Assembly (NCBI GenBank): GCA_048128005.1
Contig: JBEUKZ010000129.1
Span: 62,001 to 126,000 of the forward strand
Length of the DNA stretch: 64,000 nucleotides
Direction of reading: 5' to 3'
Source of the DNA: Veleropilina oligotropha
Taxonomy: Eukaryota
Under the pieces are notes generated by a model. That model was given only the letters and a program-made list of their open reading frames with translations, did not search any database and was not told the origin of the DNA. Below are positions 60,111-64,000 of this stretch, piece after piece (positions within the stretch are counted from its first letter, which is position 1; every line of letters begins with the position of its first letter). Made by a program: the position numbers and the translations under genes.

Positions 60111-60676
60111 ATGTGACATGCGATATGTTGTCACTAGAGCATCTCGTTGTCCTTCGACACAGACCGACTGGGTTTAAGCGCTGCTCCATGTTCCAGCACT
60201 GACTGTGCTCTTATGATGACGACGGGCTCAAATTCCAACGAATACAACGTTGTAGCAACAGTTACGGTATCCTCAAAACGGCGAGTGGGTTTCGCCATAT
60301 AATATTATATATACGCAAAAATCCTACATATGACATCTTTTTTGTATGTTAAACGGTCCATACAAAAATACGCCATCCACTTCAATACTTCGACACAGCT
60401 GCGGCGATCGTGTTGCTGAGCAGTCATATGTAGGCCTATACATGTATGCATTCATGCGTGCATGTATGTAAATACGTACGTACTTACGTGTGTAGGCTAT
60501 GTATGCATGCATGACTGTATGTAAGTACTACGGGCGTGCGTTGCCAGTGCGTCCAATATATGTTGGTCCAAACAAAACCATGTTGCCTCTCATATAATTG
60601 TCTATTAAATACATACAGGCCAGAGCCAGCTCCTAGGATGGTGACGTATATCAATACCAATGTCATATTTCTCGTC

Positions 60677-60856
60677 GGGTCCTCGTAACTTAGTGGTCAA
60701 AGCATTCGGAGATCACTGGTTCGACTCCCGTCGGGGATATGACATTTTAATTGATATAAAATATTCTTATGTGGTATATGGATGTTCGCTGAGGCCGTTG
60801 CCAGTGCGTTCAATATATGTTGGTCAAAACAAAACCATGTTGCCTCTCATATAATT
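60677..60856 (+). mobile_element. tRNA-derived SINE
   Basis: A box TAACTTAGTGG, B box GGTTCGACTCC; tail duplicated at 60539-60599. Confidence 0.5.
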
Positions 60857-61716
60857 ACACTCGCCCCCTTGGGGGGGGGGGGGCGTCTGTCTGTCCGTGA
60901 GCATAACTAAAAATCTACAGCTCCAATTCAGTTGAAAATTTTACACAAGGTTCTGTGCTCCTGTAGCTCGGTCCTCCTCGAATTTGGTGACTGTACATTA
61001 AAGGTCAAGGTCACTAAGGTCAGGAAATGCATTATCGCATATAACTTCTGATCTATGTGCAGAAAATAGACGCATATGGTGTCATTCGAAAGGTCATCTA
61101 ATGGCGCTTTAGTGTATCTAACATCGTAGTAAATAGATGCAAATGTCGTTATTCGAAAGATATATCTAACATTGTGATGAATATAGGTCAAGGTCACAGG
61201 TGTCGAAAGGTCACGAAATAACATTTTCGCAAATATCTTCTGATCTACATGCAACAAATACATGCAAATGGCGGCATTCGAAGGGTCTTCTAATGGCGCA
61301 TTATATGTATATTACATTGTGATTAATATATGTCAAGGTCACAGGCATCGAAAGGTCACGAAATAACATTTTCACAAATATCTTCTGATCTACATGCAGT
61401 AAATGTATGCAAATGGTGTCATTCTAAAGGTCTTCTCATGGCGCCTTAGATGTATTAAATATTGTGATCAATATAGGTCAAAGGTCAAGGTCACCAAAAT
61501 GCATTTACGCATATAACTTATGATCTAAATGAAGTAAATATATGCAAATGATGTCATTCGATAGGTCTTCTAATGGCGGTTTAGATGTATACAAGGGTCA
61601 ATGACACAGGTGTCGAAAGATCAGGAAAACACATTTTCGCATATCTTCTGATTGCTCCATTACTATATTGATGAGGCCCTACAGGCGAGGGTTTGTAATC
61701 TCTGATTGCCTTGTTG
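60857..61716 (+). mobile_element. HINE-like element with AAGGTCA-rich tandem units
   Basis: CTCGCC...GGCGAG inverted repeat, CTGT microsatellite, 3' hairpin. Confidence 0.65.
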
Positions 61717-63039
61717 TCTATTAAATACATGCATACATAAATATATTTATTATATATATACCGCTCTTTGTGTCTGTATAGGCCTATATGTATGTATGTC
61801 TGCTAGTTTGTGTGTCCGCAGGTCGCTTCGCCGATAGTACACTTTGACATTGTTTGGAATCAACTTTAACCAATGATGCTTCGGGGCCTATTTTGGCGCA
61901 GCTGACATGAGCTACATGTGAATTACACACATGTATGGACTTAGCATGATTACGGGTATAGGCCCACAGTCAGAATTTTGACCAATAGGTCATGTATAAG
62001 TATTATAATATCCATTATTCGCCGGACATCGGCCAACCGCCTGCTTATACGGTGCCATATATATATTGCAGATTCGTTCTGTGTTTTGTGGCGAATTGTT
62101 GTCGGTGGAATTGGCTTGGAACACAATTGTCAGATGTCCGACCGTCTGCTTGCTGTAGAACCACCAGCCTGCGATAATTATATGACCGAATTGTTCGATA
62201 TTCAAAAGAGTTCCCCATTCAGTCAATCAGAAAGCTGGACTTGTATTATCATATGTTTATTATTAAATCTAGGCCCTATGTATTGAATATGTCACATTGG
62301 GACACCCCCATGTTAATGTTGGAGGAAATCACGAATATTCAGGGAATATCCGAGGAAACCCATCTGCCGTGTATGGTGCACTGTGTTGCTGTTATTCCAA
62401 ATTTTGACTTGGACGGGAAGCGAACCCACAATCTTCGGAACAGCGCAGTCACTGAATGAATTTGGAGCAACTATGTAAACCCATGACTGCATACATGAGT
62501 CTACCTATGTAGGTCTACATAGTATAAGCTTGTATCCCCATATGACCAGTCACCTTGTTTTGCTAACAATTCATTGTAGTTCAAATATGCATGACATATT
62601 TTCTTAATTTCCGTTTCCGTTTGGGGGAGGTTCGATCCACATTTGATGTAAAAAAATGCATGTCATGACGATATACCGGTATTCGATTTTCCTCGGTTCA
62701 TATTAACGTTTTCAGTAATACACGAAAATAACCTTAACCTTTGACCCAGAGGCATGGTGGTATACACGGTGTATACCCAATATGAAAGCTGCAGGTTAAG
62801 CGGTTCATCTTATAAGTGACAGAAATCTATCTTCTAAGTGCCAGAACAGAAATACACGAAAATGACATCGACTTTGACCCAGCGATCCCATCTTTGAACT
62901 TAGGCAAGGCCTGATGGTATACAAGGTGTATGCTAAATATGAAAGGAGTAAGTTCAGCGGTTCGTCTTCTATGTGATAGAAAGCAATCAGACGACGGACG
63001 GACGCCAGTCCACGGTTATAGCCATGCCTAGAAGGCGGG

Positions 63040-63470
63040 CCAAAGATGAGTATTACTTGGACCATGTCCAACACTTCCAGCTATTTTCACGAAAATCGGT
63101 TCATGACATTTTGAGTAATCCTGCTGACAGACAAACAAATAGCACTCGATCATTAGATCGTATAGCGCGGCCCACCAAATCCGGATCACCACCAATATGT
63201 TATGGGATAACCTTGGGCTATGTCCAACACTTCCAGCTAATTTCAGGAAAATCGGTTCATGACATTTTGAGTAATCCTGCTGACAGACAAACAAATAGCA
63301 CTCGATCATTAGATCGTATAGCCCGGCCCACCAAATCCGGATCACCACCAAAATGTTATGGGATAACCTTGGGCTATGTCCAAACTTCCAGGAAGTTTCA
63401 GTAATCCTGCCGACAACAAATTCACAACAAACAAAGTGAAAACATAACATTCTTGGCGGAGGTAATAAGA
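63040..63470 (-). mobile_element. HINE-like element with ~160-bp tandem duplication
   Basis: Minus-strand start TTATTACCTCCGCCAAG; duplicated unit within 63053-63390. Confidence 0.55.
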
Positions 63471-64000
63471 ATATGAATAAATATATTAATTGTCACAAAA
63501 TGAATATGTCATGATGGCTGGTTGTTGGGCTTATAGGCCCGCTTGCAGCTCACACGGAATTCGCAGGCCTGCTCTCGATCCTCACAAAGCCAGTGACATG
63601 ACATAATAATATTAATTTTGACGGTTTCCTTCATGTTGTAACTGTTTTGTCTTTCACATAAATTGATTTATCTTGTATGCATATTTGTCGGAACATGACG
63701 AAACACAGGAGCCCGTCGCTCCTATTTAATTCAATAGAATTCCATTGCAGATTACTTGATCTGTTTAACAAATTATTTAACTGATACTGGAAAACTCCAA
63801 TTCATAGACCATATATTTAAGGCTAAACAACTGATCATGGTAATTAGGCATATTCATATGTCCTATGATATTTGAAATAAGGTCTGGAGATAATAGCTAA
63901 CTTCCCTCTATTGTAAGATGAAAAACAACAGAATAATGTAAAAAAAATATATTTTCCATTTATCTAATGCTAGGGCAAACAAATGACAAGTAATGATAAC

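Noticed and set aside
60677..60740. tRNA gene
   Set aside because: A and B boxes are present but the cloverleaf is incomplete and a repeat tail follows; treated as a SINE head

Overview
Eukaryotic, AT-rich animal DNA whose repeat content suggests an invertebrate. The left 36 kb holds a complete 16-exon RBBP5 gene (+ strand, 1791-36111, 524 aa after splicing). Its introns are packed with mobile DNA: a full-length but degenerate DIRS1-type retrotransposon with ITRs and ICR nested inside a hairpin-ended element, CR1 LINE and Mutator remnants, many HINE/MITE-like elements, SINEs and minisatellites. The standout is a 15.5-kb GC-rich endogenous Polinton-like virus (44471-59964) with AG...CT ends and a 5-bp CAAAG target duplication. 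It encodes a double-jelly-roll-type major capsid, a penton, an A32/FtsK packaging ATPase and an rve integrase, but no recognisable adenain protease. It also carries about eight membrane or secreted proteins and a single ~1300-aa replicase that appears to fuse an OTU-like protease, an exonuclease-less protein-primed-type PolB, an SF1B helicase and an HNH nuclease. All family assignments come from motif reading, not database searches.
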